DNA of 64,000 bases, from assembly GCA_050950505.1 (NCBI GenBank), contig JBMNHS010000002.1:32001-96000 (forward strand), in the 5' to 3' direction. The first letter of the stretch is position 1. Every line of letters begins with the position of its first letter. Positions 1 through 9,540 of this stretch are shown here, piece by piece. The translations under genes and the position numbers were made by a program. This stretch comes from Candidatus Methanomethylophilaceae archaeon. GTDB lineage: Archaea > Thermoplasmatota > Thermoplasmata > Methanomassiliicoccales > Methanomethylophilaceae. The notes beneath the pieces were generated by a model. That model saw only the letters and a list, made by a program, of their open reading frames with translations, was not told the DNA's origin and ran no database searches.

Positions 1-2
1 GA

Positions 3-503
3 GATCCGCTTCCCGATGCCGACATGTATTATCTCGGCGGAGGTTACCCGGAGCTGTTCGCGGAGGAGATTTCTTCAAACAAAGATTTCATTGAAGGCCT
101 GAAGAACGTCTCCGAGGAAGGAAAACCCGTATTGGGCGAATGCGGAGGTCTGTTGACGATGTGCAACACCCTCAGGGACGCGGAAGGAAAGGTTCACGGA
201 ATGGCCGGAATATTCGACGCGGATGCGGTGATGACGGACAAACGCCACGGTCCCACATACGTCCGGGCGGAACCCAACCGAAACAACCCCCTGTTCGATT
301 CGCCGGTCAGGGCCCACGAATACCATTATTCCGAAGTGCATCCGAAAAAGGATTCCGTTTACTGTTACGATCTGTCCCGGGGGGCCGGCATCATCGATTC
401 CAAAGACGGCATAACCCTCCGTTCTTCCGTCGGAACCCACATGCATCAGAACGCACTGTCCCAGAAAGATTGGGCCCGGGGATTTCTGTCTGCCTGCAAA
501 TAA
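3..503 (+). CDS. Cobyrinate a,c-diamide synthase family (CbiA/CfbB), C-terminal glutamine amidotransferase domain; 5'-partial
   Basis: Frame is open from the window edge (DPLPDADMYYLGGGYPELF); has GECGG (catalytic Cys) and AHEYHYS motifs. CbiA and CfbB cannot be told apart from this fragment. Confidence 0.85.
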   Translation, partial: DPLPDADMYYLGGGYPELFAEEISSNKDFIEGLKNVSEEGKPVLGECGGLLTMCNTLRDAEGKVHGMAGIFDADAVMTDKRHGPTYVRAEPNRNNPLFDSPVRAHEYHYSEVHPKKDSVYCYDLSRGAGIIDSKDGITLRSSVGTHMHQNALSQKDWARGFLSACK

Positions 504-507
504 AAAC

Positions 508-2043
508 TCAGCCGACTCTTTCGATAAGGCCTTTTGATTTCTCCAACTCTTCGTCGGATATGGTAAGGAAGCTTTCGAGATTGTATTCCTTGACTTCTTC
601 GAGACATTCCACTTCGGCGCTTATGGTTCCGTCCTCGGCGGCTTTGAACTTTACCGTAATCGGCGTATCCTTGGTGATTCCCTCCGGCAAATCCATGTCG
701 AAAGCCCCCACGTAATCCCCTTCCTTGATTTCCAGTCTGACGTTGTTTTCGGAACGCAAAGCGGAATTTTCGAATATTTCTATGAGAACCGAAGATTGTC
801 CGTCCTCCATGGGATAGTAAATTTTGACGTCTTCCAAAGGAAGGGTCTCGTTCCTGTATATCAGGTTGGAAATCATTGCATTCCCGGCGTAATCCACCCT
901 GACCCCGAAGGATTTGCTGAGAACGTTCTTCACCATGATGGCATGTTCTTCCTCATGTCCCGTTTCTGACATGTTCTTGGATCTGGCAAACATCGCGGCG
1001 CCTTTGGCCACGGACCGGTCCGGATCGAAAAGACGCACGTTGACTTCGGGATAAAGGTTCATTATCCCCTCTATGATGTGGGGCATCCTGCAGGAACCTC
1101 CAACGAGAATTATATCGTCAATCTCTTCGATGGAGGTGCCGACGGAATCGAGAACGCCGATCATCACGTCCAAAGTGCGTTCGAAGAGATGTGCCGTGGC
1201 TTCTTCGAATTCCTCCCGGGTCACGGTGTAAATGATTCTTTCGTTCCCGACGTTCATGGAACCCCTTGTGGATTCCGCGGTGGTCAGTCTTTTCTTGATA
1301 GATTCCGTATCCACGTCCAAAGTGACGGTGGCTTCTCTGTCTTCTTCAAGTTCCTCCACCGGAACCCCGGATTCGCAGGACACCTTTTTCAATATAAGTT
1401 TGGCCAAAGCCACATCCCAGTCCCTGCCTCCCAGCAGACGTTCCCCGTCGGTTGCGACGGCATTGAAAGTCCCTCCGGAAACATCCAGTACCGTGACGTC
1501 AAAAGTCCCGCCTCCCAAATCGTACACCAGCACCCGTTTTTCGGAATCGTCGGTGCCGTATCCGAAAGATATGGCCGCCGCGGTGGGTTCGTTGATTATG
1601 ATCACTTCGTCCAATCCCGCGATTCTGCCCGCGTTCTTCGTGGACTCCCTTTCCTTCTGCCCGAAATAAGCGGGACAGGTTATCACGGCCCGTTTGATCT
1701 CGCGTCCGTGAACTTCACTGAAGTCATCCAGCAGTTTTTTCAGAATGGCTGCGGACAATGTGACGGGGGTGTATATTTCACCGTCCACTTCCGCTTTGAA
1801 TTCAGTCCCCATGTGCCTTTTTACCGATACGAAAGTTCTCTCGGGAGGATACATGGCGGCAACGTCTTTGGCAGGGGATCCGACTATTATTTCGTGATTT
1901 TCATTGAAAAGTATAACCGAGGGAGTGGTCTCTTCCTGTTCGAAATTTCTCTCTATTACCGGGTCGCCCGCCTCGATGTATGCGAGGCAGGAGTAGGTTG
2001 TGCCTAAGTCGATGCCTACGTTAAGTTCCTCTTCCATACCCAT
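508..2043 (-). CDS. Hsp70/DnaK-family protein, short (511 aa)
   Basis: GIDLGTTYS, TCPAYF, INEPTAAA, DLGGGTFDV and LVGGSCRMP motifs. Confidence 0.9.
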   Translation of the reverse strand: MGMEEELNVGIDLGTTYSCLAYIEAGDPVIERNFEQEETTPSVILFNENHEIIVGSPAKDVAAMYPPERTFVSVKRHMGTEFKAEVDGEIYTPVTLSAAILKKLLDDFSEVHGREIKRAVITCPAYFGQKERESTKNAGRIAGLDEVIIINEPTAAAISFGYGTDDSEKRVLVYDLGGGTFDVTVLDVSGGTFNAVATDGERLLGGRDWDVALAKLILKKVSCESGVPVEELEEDREATVTLDVDTESIKKRLTTAESTRGSMNVGNERIIYTVTREEFEEATAHLFERTLDVMIGVLDSVGTSIEEIDDIILVGGSCRMPHIIEGIMNLYPEVNVRLFDPDRSVAKGAAMFARSKNMSETGHEEEHAIMVKNVLSKSFGVRVDYAGNAMISNLIYRNETLPLEDVKIYYPMEDGQSSVLIEIFENSALRSENNVRLEIKEGDYVGAFDMDLPEGITKDTPITVKFKAAEDGTISAEVECLEEVKEYNLESFLTISDEELEKSKGLIERVG

Positions 2044-2119
2044 CTCAATCCACTGTATTGCAGGTTGATATAGTTATATTGTTCCGTTCAAATAAAGTCT
2101 GATTGGGTTCCGTTTCCGA

Positions 2120-3991
2120 TCATTGACACACGGGACATTCGGCGGAGCCGACGCCGATGCCTTCGAACCCGTACGCCCTTACCCCGTTCAGTATCGCTAT
2201 CACCGACACGCCCACGTCGGCGAATATGGCGAACCACATTCCGGCCAGTCCGGACACCGCCAAACCCAAAGCGAGGAATTTGACGGCAAGCGAGAACACT
2301 ATGTTCTGATATGCGATTTTTCTCGTATCCCTGGAAATGCGGACGGCTTCCGGTATCTTGCACAGGGAATCGTTCATTATCACCACGTCGGCGGCTTCCA
2401 CCGCGCTGTCGGAACCGATGCCTCCCATGGCAATGCCCACATCCGCCCGGGCAATCGAAGGCGCATCGTTTATGCCGTCTCCGACGTAAACCAAAGTTTT
2501 TCTTCCCCGTTCCAGATATTCTTCTAGTTTCCTGAGTTTTTCCTCCGGAAGAAGTTCGCTGTGGAACTCCCTGATTCCGACCAGATCCGCAATTCTTCCC
2601 GCGGAGGCTTCCGTATCGCCGGTAAGCATCACGGTTTCTTTCACCCCGAGCTTTTCCAGTTCGCGCACGGCGAGACCCGAATCTTCTTTCGGAGTGTCCG
2701 ATATTGTAATTCTTCCGAAGTACACCCCGTCGACGGCCACGTGTATGTTGGTGACGTCCCCGTCATCAACGAAAGAGTCTATGCCCACGTCTTTCATCAG
2801 TCCCGCGTTGCCGGTGTGCACCGTCTTCCCATCAACCGCGGTCATGACTCCTTTGCCGGGTATGTTCTCGGACTCTCCTATTGCCGAAGCGTTGATTTCT
2901 TTCCCGTAATGGTTCAGGATGGCTCTCGATATGGGGTGGTCGGATCTGTATTCCGACATCGCGGCGTACATTATCAGTTCGTTCGAGGAAACGTTTTCGG
3001 GATAAACCCCGGTAATGTCGAAACTGCCCTTGGTAACCGTTCCCGTTTTGTCCATGACGACGGAATCGATGAACGTAAGTCGGTCCATCACGGCACCGCC
3101 GTTGATCAGTATTCCGTTCTTTGATGCCCTCCCCACTCCGCAGAAGAATGTGAGGGGGACGGAAATCACCAACGCACAGGGACAGGATATGACCAGCATT
3201 ACCAACGCCCGGTAAACCCAGACATCGGCGGGAAGACCGAAGAACACGACGGGAACCAATGCGACCGTGATTGCCGCGACGACCACCGCCGGGGTGTAGT
3301 ATCTTGCGAACACGGTGATGAATTTCTCGCTCTCGGATTTCATCGCCCCCGATTCTTCCACGAGTTCCAAAACCCTTGCCACGGTGGATTCCGAATAAAC
3401 TTTTTCGGCTCTCAGCGTAAGGGATCCCGTCAGGTTTATCCCGCCGCTGAGAACGGCATCGTCAATGTTGACGTTCTTGGGCAACGATTCGCCGGTCAAC
3501 GCCTTGAGGTCAAGGGATGAAGTTCCGGACACCACGGTGCCGTCTATCGGTATTCTTTCACCGGGAAGCACGGAGAACAGTTCCCCGACCTTCACATCTT
3601 CGGGAGGAACTTCCGTTTCCGAACCGTTTCTGACGACTCGGACGAAAACGGGCTGCATCTCGACAAGTTCGGATATGGACCGCCTTGATTCCCTGACGGC
3701 GGCTTCTTCGAACAGCATTCCGACGGAGAAGAACAGCATCACGGCCACGCCTTCCACCCCGGCGCCGATAAGAAACGCCCCGGAGGACGCAATCACCGTC
3801 AGAAAATTTTCATCCAGCATCATTCCGTACCTCAGACTTCTGGCCGCATCGATTATGACCGAATAGCCGACGATGAGGTACGCAATGAGCAAAACCGCGA
3901 GAGAAGCGGAACCGTGACCGAAACGGTCCAACAGTATTCCCGGAACGAACAGAAGAAAAGAAATCAGGACTCTGAAGGATCTGTTGTTCAA
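2120..3991 (-). CDS. cadA: P1B-type heavy-metal (Zn/Cd) translocating ATPase
   Basis: LTGES, SCPCAL, DKTGT, SDHP, LTGD and GDGINDAP motifs; TM helices. Confidence 0.92.
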   Translation of the reverse strand: MNNRSFRVLISFLLFVPGILLDRFGHGSASLAVLLIAYLIVGYSVIIDAARSLRYGMMLDENFLTVIASSGAFLIGAGVEGVAVMLFFSVGMLFEEAAVRESRRSISELVEMQPVFVRVVRNGSETEVPPEDVKVGELFSVLPGERIPIDGTVVSGTSSLDLKALTGESLPKNVNIDDAVLSGGINLTGSLTLRAEKVYSESTVARVLELVEESGAMKSESEKFITVFARYYTPAVVVAAITVALVPVVFFGLPADVWVYRALVMLVISCPCALVISVPLTFFCGVGRASKNGILINGGAVMDRLTFIDSVVMDKTGTVTKGSFDITGVYPENVSSNELIMYAAMSEYRSDHPISRAILNHYGKEINASAIGESENIPGKGVMTAVDGKTVHTGNAGLMKDVGIDSFVDDGDVTNIHVAVDGVYFGRITISDTPKEDSGLAVRELEKLGVKETVMLTGDTEASAGRIADLVGIREFHSELLPEEKLRKLEEYLERGRKTLVYVGDGINDAPSIARADVGIAMGGIGSDSAVEAADVVIMNDSLCKIPEAVRISRDTRKIAYQNIVFSLAVKFLALGLAVSGLAGMWFAIFADVGVSVIAILNGVRAYGFEGIGVGSAECPVCQ

Positions 3992-3995
3992 TCCT

Positions 3996-4217
3996 TCACC
4001 TCCGGACCGATACGGCGTCGCAGGATACTTTTTTCACGATTTTTTCTATCTCATCATCAATTTCTTCAATACGGGGTTCTTCCGCATGAACAATCAAACG
4101 CTGCGACATGAAAACGACGGAGGCGGATTCCACACCTTTGATTTTTGAAACCATCCTTTCCATTTTGGTTGCGCAGGCGGCGCAGCCAAGTCCGTCGAGC
4201 ATATACGTGAATTTCAC
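3996..4217 (-). CDS. Stand-alone heavy-metal-associated (HMA) domain protein
   Basis: LDGLGCAACA metal-binding motif; 73 aa; lies between the ArsR gene and the ATPase. Confidence 0.88.
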   Translation of the reverse strand: MKFTYMLDGLGCAACATKMERMVSKIKGVESASVVFMSQRLIVHAEEPRIEEIDDEIEKIVKKVSCDAVSVRR

Positions 4218-4585
4218 GGGAGGTCCTCCGTAAGGTGCTCAGCGGCGGTTTCTATGATGGATTTGACATGATCGTCGCTCAACGAATAATAGATGAATTT
4301 GCCCTCTCTTCTGGATTTGACCAGATTCGAATCCCTTAAAATCCTCAGTTGATGGGACACGGCGGAATCCGACATGCCCAGAGTTTCGCTTATACAACTG
4401 ACGCACATCTCGCTGATGTCCAGACCCATAAGGATTTTCAGTCTCGTGTCATCGCTGAACAGACTGAAGAATCCAGACAGTTCCGTAACAAATTTTCCCT
4501 CAGGCAACTTTCCTTTGACGATTTTCACCACATCTTCGTGTCCGATGTGGGGACAATCGGTCATGCATTCAGGCTCGTCTGTCAA
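4214..4585 (-). CDS. ArsR/SmtB (CadC-like) metal-sensing repressor
   Basis: EMCVSCI..SAVSHQLRILR..SRREGK..YYSLSDDHV motif; N-terminal Cys/His residues. Confidence 0.92.
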   Translation of the reverse strand: MTDEPECMTDCPHIGHEDVVKIVKGKLPEGKFVTELSGFFSLFSDDTRLKILMGLDISEMCVSCISETLGMSDSAVSHQLRILRDSNLVKSRREGKFIYYSLSDDHVKSIIETAAEHLTEDLP

Positions 4586-4619
4586 TTGAACACCTATTCA
4601 ATTGAATGACTGTTCAATT
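4584..4619. promoter_or_regulatory. Double ArsR/SmtB-type operator overlapping the repressor start codon
   Basis: 36-bp near-palindrome AATTGAACACCTATTCAATTGAATGACTGTTCAATT, i.e. two tandem TTGAA-N6-TTCAA boxes, between the minus-strand TATA (~4617-4626) and the TTG start. Confidence 0.8.
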
Positions 4620-4671
4620 ATAAAAAGACCGGCCTGCGTTCAATTTATGAACAAGGAGCACATGGCGGATT

Positions 4672-5631
4672 ATGGACCAGCAGCAGGCCGATGAGTATTG
4701 CAGGGAAGCGATATCCTACATGTTGGGATCGAACGGAAAAGAAAAACATCCGGAGGAAGCCGTCCGTCTGTTTTCACTGGTGGCGGAAGCGGAATACCCT
4801 CAGGGCCTTTTCGGACTGGCCGAAGTCCTGATGGTCGGATTCGGCGTTGCCAAAGATGAAAAACGCGCCGTTGAACTGTATGAAAAGGCAGCGGAAAAAG
4901 GTCACCCCGAATCTGATTACCGTCTCGGACTGATTCATACCGGAGATTACGGATTCCCCGAGAATCCCGAAAAATCCTTCCTTCATTTCAAAACCGCCGC
5001 CGAAGCGGGAATGATTCCCGCATACGCGTTCATGGCGCAATACAATTTTCACGGTTACGGAACCGATACCGATTACAAAGAAGCGTACAGATGGTTCTCC
5101 AAATCCGCCGAAGCCAACGATCCGGTGTCGATGTTCATGGCGGGATACTTGGCGGAAACCGGCACGGGAACCGAAAAGAACGAAGAGGAAGCTTACGGAC
5201 TGTTCATGAAAGCCGCCGAAGCGGGACTTCCCGAAGCCGTGATGAAGGTTGCGGATTTGATTCATTCCGGAAAAATTCCCGGCGGAGACGAGGGAGCCTT
5301 CGGATGGTATCTGAAAGCCGCCGATATGGGGATAACCGCCGCAAAGGTAAGCGTGGGCACTTTGTATTACGAAGGAACCGGCGTTGAAAGAAATCCCGAA
5401 AAAGCTTATGAGTATTATTCACAGGCATCGGAAGAAGGGGACGGAGACGCATCCTTCATAAAAGCCAGAATGGAACTTCAGGGACACGGCACCGAAGGAA
5501 ATCCGGACAAAGCGATGGCTACCATGAAGAAAGCCGCCGAACAGGGAAGCGAAGAAGCGAAACAACTGCTCAACGAGCTTCGCAGGACTCAGAACACCCA
5601 ATTCGTAACCATCGACGGAAACGAACAATAA
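4672..5631 (+). CDS. Sel1-like repeat protein
   Basis: About 8 repeats of the A..LG..Y..G.G...D..KA..WY.KAAE.G pattern. Confidence 0.92.
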   Translation: MDQQQADEYCREAISYMLGSNGKEKHPEEAVRLFSLVAEAEYPQGLFGLAEVLMVGFGVAKDEKRAVELYEKAAEKGHPESDYRLGLIHTGDYGFPENPEKSFLHFKTAAEAGMIPAYAFMAQYNFHGYGTDTDYKEAYRWFSKSAEANDPVSMFMAGYLAETGTGTEKNEEEAYGLFMKAAEAGLPEAVMKVADLIHSGKIPGGDEGAFGWYLKAADMGITAAKVSVGTLYYEGTGVERNPEKAYEYYSQASEEGDGDASFIKARMELQGHGTEGNPDKAMATMKKAAEQGSEEAKQLLNELRRTQNTQFVTIDGNEQ

Positions 5632-5769
5632 TCACTCTTCGTAGAGATCGAAATCCTCTTTGCCCACTCCACAGTCGGGACAGGTGAAATCATCGGGAAG
5701 ATCCTCGAATTTGACACCCTCCTTTTCTTCGTCGTAGATGTAGCCGCAGATGACACATTCATACTTCAT
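5632..5769 (-). CDS. Rubredoxin (45 aa; below the ORF-track cutoff)
   Basis: Manual translation [45 protein letters not shown], with CxxCGY and CPxCG iron ligands. Confidence 0.95.
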   Translation of the reverse strand: MKYECVICGYIYDEEKEGVKFEDLPDDFTCPDCGVGKEDFDLYEE

Positions 5770-5815
5770 GTCAGGGCGGATTAACAAAGTTATTTTTAAT
5801 TTTTTTGATAACAGA

Positions 5816-7213
5816 TCACTGAGACCGCACCGTATCTTTTACGATGAATGAAAGTAAAGCGCCGACAAGGGCCAAGAGAACCCCTAACACCACGACGACG
5901 GAGAATCCCGAGGCAAACTCGGATATCTCCAGCAAAACGAATTCTTTCCCCGGAGCCCCCGAGGAAAACGAAAACACCGCGGCGAACAGTGCGATTCCGA
6001 TGCCGGCGCCCAAATACGTCGACAGGGCCATCACAGACGAACCTATTCCGGCATGCCCTTCAGGGGCGTGTTCCACCACCCGTCCGGCCATGGGACCTCC
6101 GGCGAATCCCCAACTCAGCCCCATCAGCAAAGTGATCGGAATCAGCAACCAATGTCCGTTTTCAGGCATCATGAACCACATGATTGCGTTATACAACGCA
6201 ACGGACAGACATGCCCCCACGGCAAACATTCTGCGCCCCCTGCGGTCTGAGAGCCTGCCGAAAACAAGACAGGTCAGCCCGGTCACCACCGAAGGAATCA
6301 GCAGATACATTCCGCTCATTCCCGGCGTGAACCCCAGAACCAGACTCATGTAAAACGGCAGCAGGTAGAACGTCCCCGCGTATGCGATGTTGAAAATCAG
6401 ATACGCCAGAAACACAGAGTTGAAATTTCCCGATCCGAATATTCTCACGTCAATGATCGGAGCCCTGCATTCAAGTTCTCTGAATATGAACAATGACAGG
6501 AGTCCCAGACACGCAACCGCGGCAATCGGCACGAAAACCGATTCTTCGGGATTTCCCGCTTTTTCCAGAGCCAGGATTCCGGTGACGATTGCGGCGAACA
6601 GCAACATCCCGCCGAACAAATCCACGTGTTCCTTTGAAGATTCCCCGTCTTTGGGAATCGCATGCAGCGCAAGGGGAATCGCAATCAGGCCGATTGGAAC
6701 GTTTATAAGGAATATCCAATGCCAGGACAGCATTTGGGTAAGCATTCCTCCGAGAGGCGGCCCCAAGGCATACCCCAGCGAACTCCCCAAAGTCACCACG
6801 GCCAAAGACAATCCGAGTTTTTCCCTCGGCATGTATTTCACGCAGATCATCGGTGCCGCGGCGGCCAGCATGGCGCCGCCGAAACCCTGAAGGATTCTGG
6901 ATACGAGCAACATGGCGAAAGAGTCGGAAATCCCGCAGAACAGGGACGCTGCCGTGAAAATTCCGAATCCGAAGACGAAGACTTTTCTCAAGGCCCCTCT
7001 GTCGGCTATCCGTCCGAACAACAGAATCAATCCCGCGAGAACCATGAGATAACTGACGACGATCCAGGAAGCGCTGGCCGTATCCGTCCCCAAATCCGAA
7101 GCTATGGAAGGCAACGCGATATTCACGATACTGCCGTCCATGCTGTCCATAAGTATTGCCACGACAACCGCGAGCAACAGCAGTTTTTCGGAACGGACCC
7201 CGGAAACCGTCAT
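5816..7213 (-). CDS. MFS transporter, DHA2 (EmrB/QacA-like)
   Basis: [26 protein letters not shown] and [12 protein letters not shown] motifs; ~14 TM segments. Confidence 0.9.
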   Translation of the reverse strand: MTVSGVRSEKLLLLAVVVAILMDSMDGSIVNIALPSIASDLGTDTASASWIVVSYLMVLAGLILLFGRIADRGALRKVFVFGFGIFTAASLFCGISDSFAMLLVSRILQGFGGAMLAAAAPMICVKYMPREKLGLSLAVVTLGSSLGYALGPPLGGMLTQMLSWHWIFLINVPIGLIAIPLALHAIPKDGESSKEHVDLFGGMLLFAAIVTGILALEKAGNPEESVFVPIAAVACLGLLSLFIFRELECRAPIIDVRIFGSGNFNSVFLAYLIFNIAYAGTFYLLPFYMSLVLGFTPGMSGMYLLIPSVVTGLTCLVFGRLSDRRGRRMFAVGACLSVALYNAIMWFMMPENGHWLLIPITLLMGLSWGFAGGPMAGRVVEHAPEGHAGIGSSVMALSTYLGAGIGIALFAAVFSFSSGAPGKEFVLLEISEFASGFSVVVVLGVLLALVGALLSFIVKDTVRSQ

Positions 7214-7258
7214 AACCCCGTCAGGTCGGATGTCGGATATAATATCATGACCAATCCG

Positions 7259-7867
7259 TCAAAGCAAAAGACCCGTCAGGTCCGTTACCGCAGAGTCCGA
7301 CACCCCGATTCCTGAACGGTCAAGTTTTATTTTCATGACGTTCGCGTTGTCCGCCGCATTGAGGGCGGCGGATTTCCCTCCGACATAAACGGCGGTTCCG
7401 GAATCCGCGTTCAGTTCCTTCAGGCACAGATTCAGGGAATAGGGGTCCGGCCGTCTCAGAAAGGTTCTCTCGAATCCCACCACGCTTTTGAAACAATCAT
7501 CGATTCCGTGCTTTTCCAACAAATCCCTGATTTCGTTTTCGTAGTATTCCGATACGATTCCCAGGACGGTTCCTTTGCCGTGAAGTTCTTTGACGGTTTC
7601 CGCGGTTTCCGGGAACGGAACGCATCCGTGAAACTTCTCTTCGAACCCTCTCAGGAATTCGGCCACGAATTCCCGGTATCTGCAGGGATGCTCCCTGTAA
7701 CGCATTCCGAACAGTCCCTGCAAAGACATTTGGAAAAATTCATCGAAATCCGACGGATCGTAAACGTCGTCCATGGATCCGAAAGCGCGTTTCAATCCGT
7801 TTCCGTATGCAATTTTCGTATCGAAAAGAACGTTCCCGAATCCGAATATGCATACTTCGGGAATCAC
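7259..7867 (-). CDS. HAD-fold protein with degenerate catalytic motifs
   Basis: Colinear with the neighbouring HAD, but motif I reads IFGFGNVLFD, motif III RRPDP and motif IV YVGGKSAA. Confidence 0.75.
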   Translation of the reverse strand: MIPEVCIFGFGNVLFDTKIAYGNGLKRAFGSMDDVYDPSDFDEFFQMSLQGLFGMRYREHPCRYREFVAEFLRGFEEKFHGCVPFPETAETVKELHGKGTVLGIVSEYYENEIRDLLEKHGIDDCFKSVVGFERTFLRRPDPYSLNLCLKELNADSGTAVYVGGKSAALNAADNANVMKIKLDRSGIGVSDSAVTDLTGLLL

Positions 7868-8478
7868 AACAGTTCCCTCAGATCTTCTATGTTGTAAGTC
7901 CCTTCGTAATGTTCGTTGTGTTCACGGTTGATGAACACACTGTCGATTCCGAAAGATTCCGCGGCGATGACATCGATGTCGCTGTCTCCCACGAACACGA
8001 TGTCTTGTTTGTCGAAACCGTAAGTTCGGTTGCAGAGTTCAAGACACTCCGGGTCGGGTTTGTGATTCTCCACATCGTCGTATCCCACGATAAGGTCGAA
8101 ACAATCCAAAAGTCCGTGCATTCCGAGAACTTCCCGTGTCCTGCCGTGCAGGCTTTTCGTCGCTATGCACATCACCGCACCCCGTTCCTTCAACTCTTTC
8201 AGGGCGGGCAAAGCATCGGGATAGGGCAGGCTGTTGGGATTCAAAGTATTCCCGTATTCCCGATACACTGTTTTTTCGAACTCTTCGTAGGAAAAATCCG
8301 GGTTGTAAAACTCTTCGTAAACGGAACGCAGAGGTTTCCTGATGAATTCCATGACATCTTCTTTTCCGCATTCCATCCCGAGTTTGTTCAAAGCTTCTTT
8401 GTAGCACACCTTCAACCCGTTGAGGGAATCCACCAGAGTTCCGTCCAAATCGAAAATATACATTCTGTATCTCTTCAT
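7864..8478 (-). CDS. HAD-family phosphatase (phosphoglycolate phosphatase-like)
   Basis: IFDLDGTLVDS, HKPDP and FVGDSDID motifs. Confidence 0.9.
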   Translation of the reverse strand: MKRYRMYIFDLDGTLVDSLNGLKVCYKEALNKLGMECGKEDVMEFIRKPLRSVYEEFYNPDFSYEEFEKTVYREYGNTLNPNSLPYPDALPALKELKERGAVMCIATKSLHGRTREVLGMHGLLDCFDLIVGYDDVENHKPDPECLELCNRTYGFDKQDIVFVGDSDIDVIAAESFGIDSVFINREHNEHYEGTYNIEDLRELL

Positions 8479-8535
8479 TTCGGCTGTTGTATACGTTCAT
8501 GTATATTCAGATTTAACTTAATCCGTCAAAACGTA

Positions 8536-9450
8536 TCAGTCAACTCTGTCGGACATCGATATGCCCCGTACGTTCAGCTCTTCCTTGCTGATTCCCACCA
8601 TGGCTTCGCCGATGTCGTAGGAAACTTCGGCAATCACATCGGGTTTGTCGTAATCGGCAACGGCTTTCACGATGGCGGAGGCTCTTTTGGCTGGATCCCC
8701 CGAACTGAATATTCCGGAACCGACGAACACTCCGTCGGAGCCCAGCTGCATCATGAGCGCGGCATCGGCGGGAGTCGCAACGCCGCCGGCGGCAAAATTC
8801 ACCACCGGCAGTTTTCCGTTGTTTTTTACGTAAGTCATCAAATCAAGGGGAACTCTGAATTCTTTGGCGGCATTGTACACCTCGTCATCGTTCATGGATT
8901 TCACGAAACGTAGGTCTGAATCGATTTTCCTCATATGGCTCACGGCTTGGACGATGTCCCCGGTTCCCGGTTCCCCTTTGGTGCGTATCATCGCCGCACC
9001 CTCTCCGATTCTTCTCAGGGCCTCTCCGAGATTTTTGGCACCGCAGACAAAAGGAGTTCTGAAGGCATTTTTGTCGATGTGGTATATGTCGTCAGCCGGG
9101 GAAAGAACTTCGCTCTCATCGATGAAATCAATGTTTATGGCTTCCAGAACCTGGGCTTCCACAAAGTGTCCGATGCGGCACTTGGCCATGACGGGAATCG
9201 AGACGGTGTCCTGAATGGACTCGATCATCTTCGGATCGCTCATCCTGGAAACCCCTCCGGCGGATCTTATGTCCGCGGGTATTCTTTCAAGGGCCATTAC
9301 CGCACAGGCGCCGGAATCTTCGGCGATTGCGGCCTGTTCGGGAGTCGTTACGTCCATTATGACTCCCCCGATGAGTTTTCTTGCTGATTCTCTGTTGATT
9401 TCACGTATGTTTTCCGTCATGGTTTTTACCGGCTGAATCCGCTTAACCAT
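8536..9450 (-). CDS. pdxS: Pyridoxal 5'-phosphate synthase lyase subunit
   Basis: [41 protein letters not shown] and [13 protein letters not shown] motifs. Confidence 0.97.
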   Translation of the reverse strand: MVKRIQPVKTMTENIREINRESARKLIGGVIMDVTTPEQAAIAEDSGACAVMALERIPADIRSAGGVSRMSDPKMIESIQDTVSIPVMAKCRIGHFVEAQVLEAINIDFIDESEVLSPADDIYHIDKNAFRTPFVCGAKNLGEALRRIGEGAAMIRTKGEPGTGDIVQAVSHMRKIDSDLRFVKSMNDDEVYNAAKEFRVPLDLMTYVKNNGKLPVVNFAAGGVATPADAALMMQLGSDGVFVGSGIFSSGDPAKRASAIVKAVADYDKPDVIAEVSYDIGEAMVGISKEELNVRGISMSDRVD

Positions 9451-9540
9451 CCGGCAACCCTTTACTTAAATCCATTCCTTCGACGGTTTTTTCACAAATC
9501 CTTTTAATAACCGATAACCCGCTCGGAATTCGCTGATATT

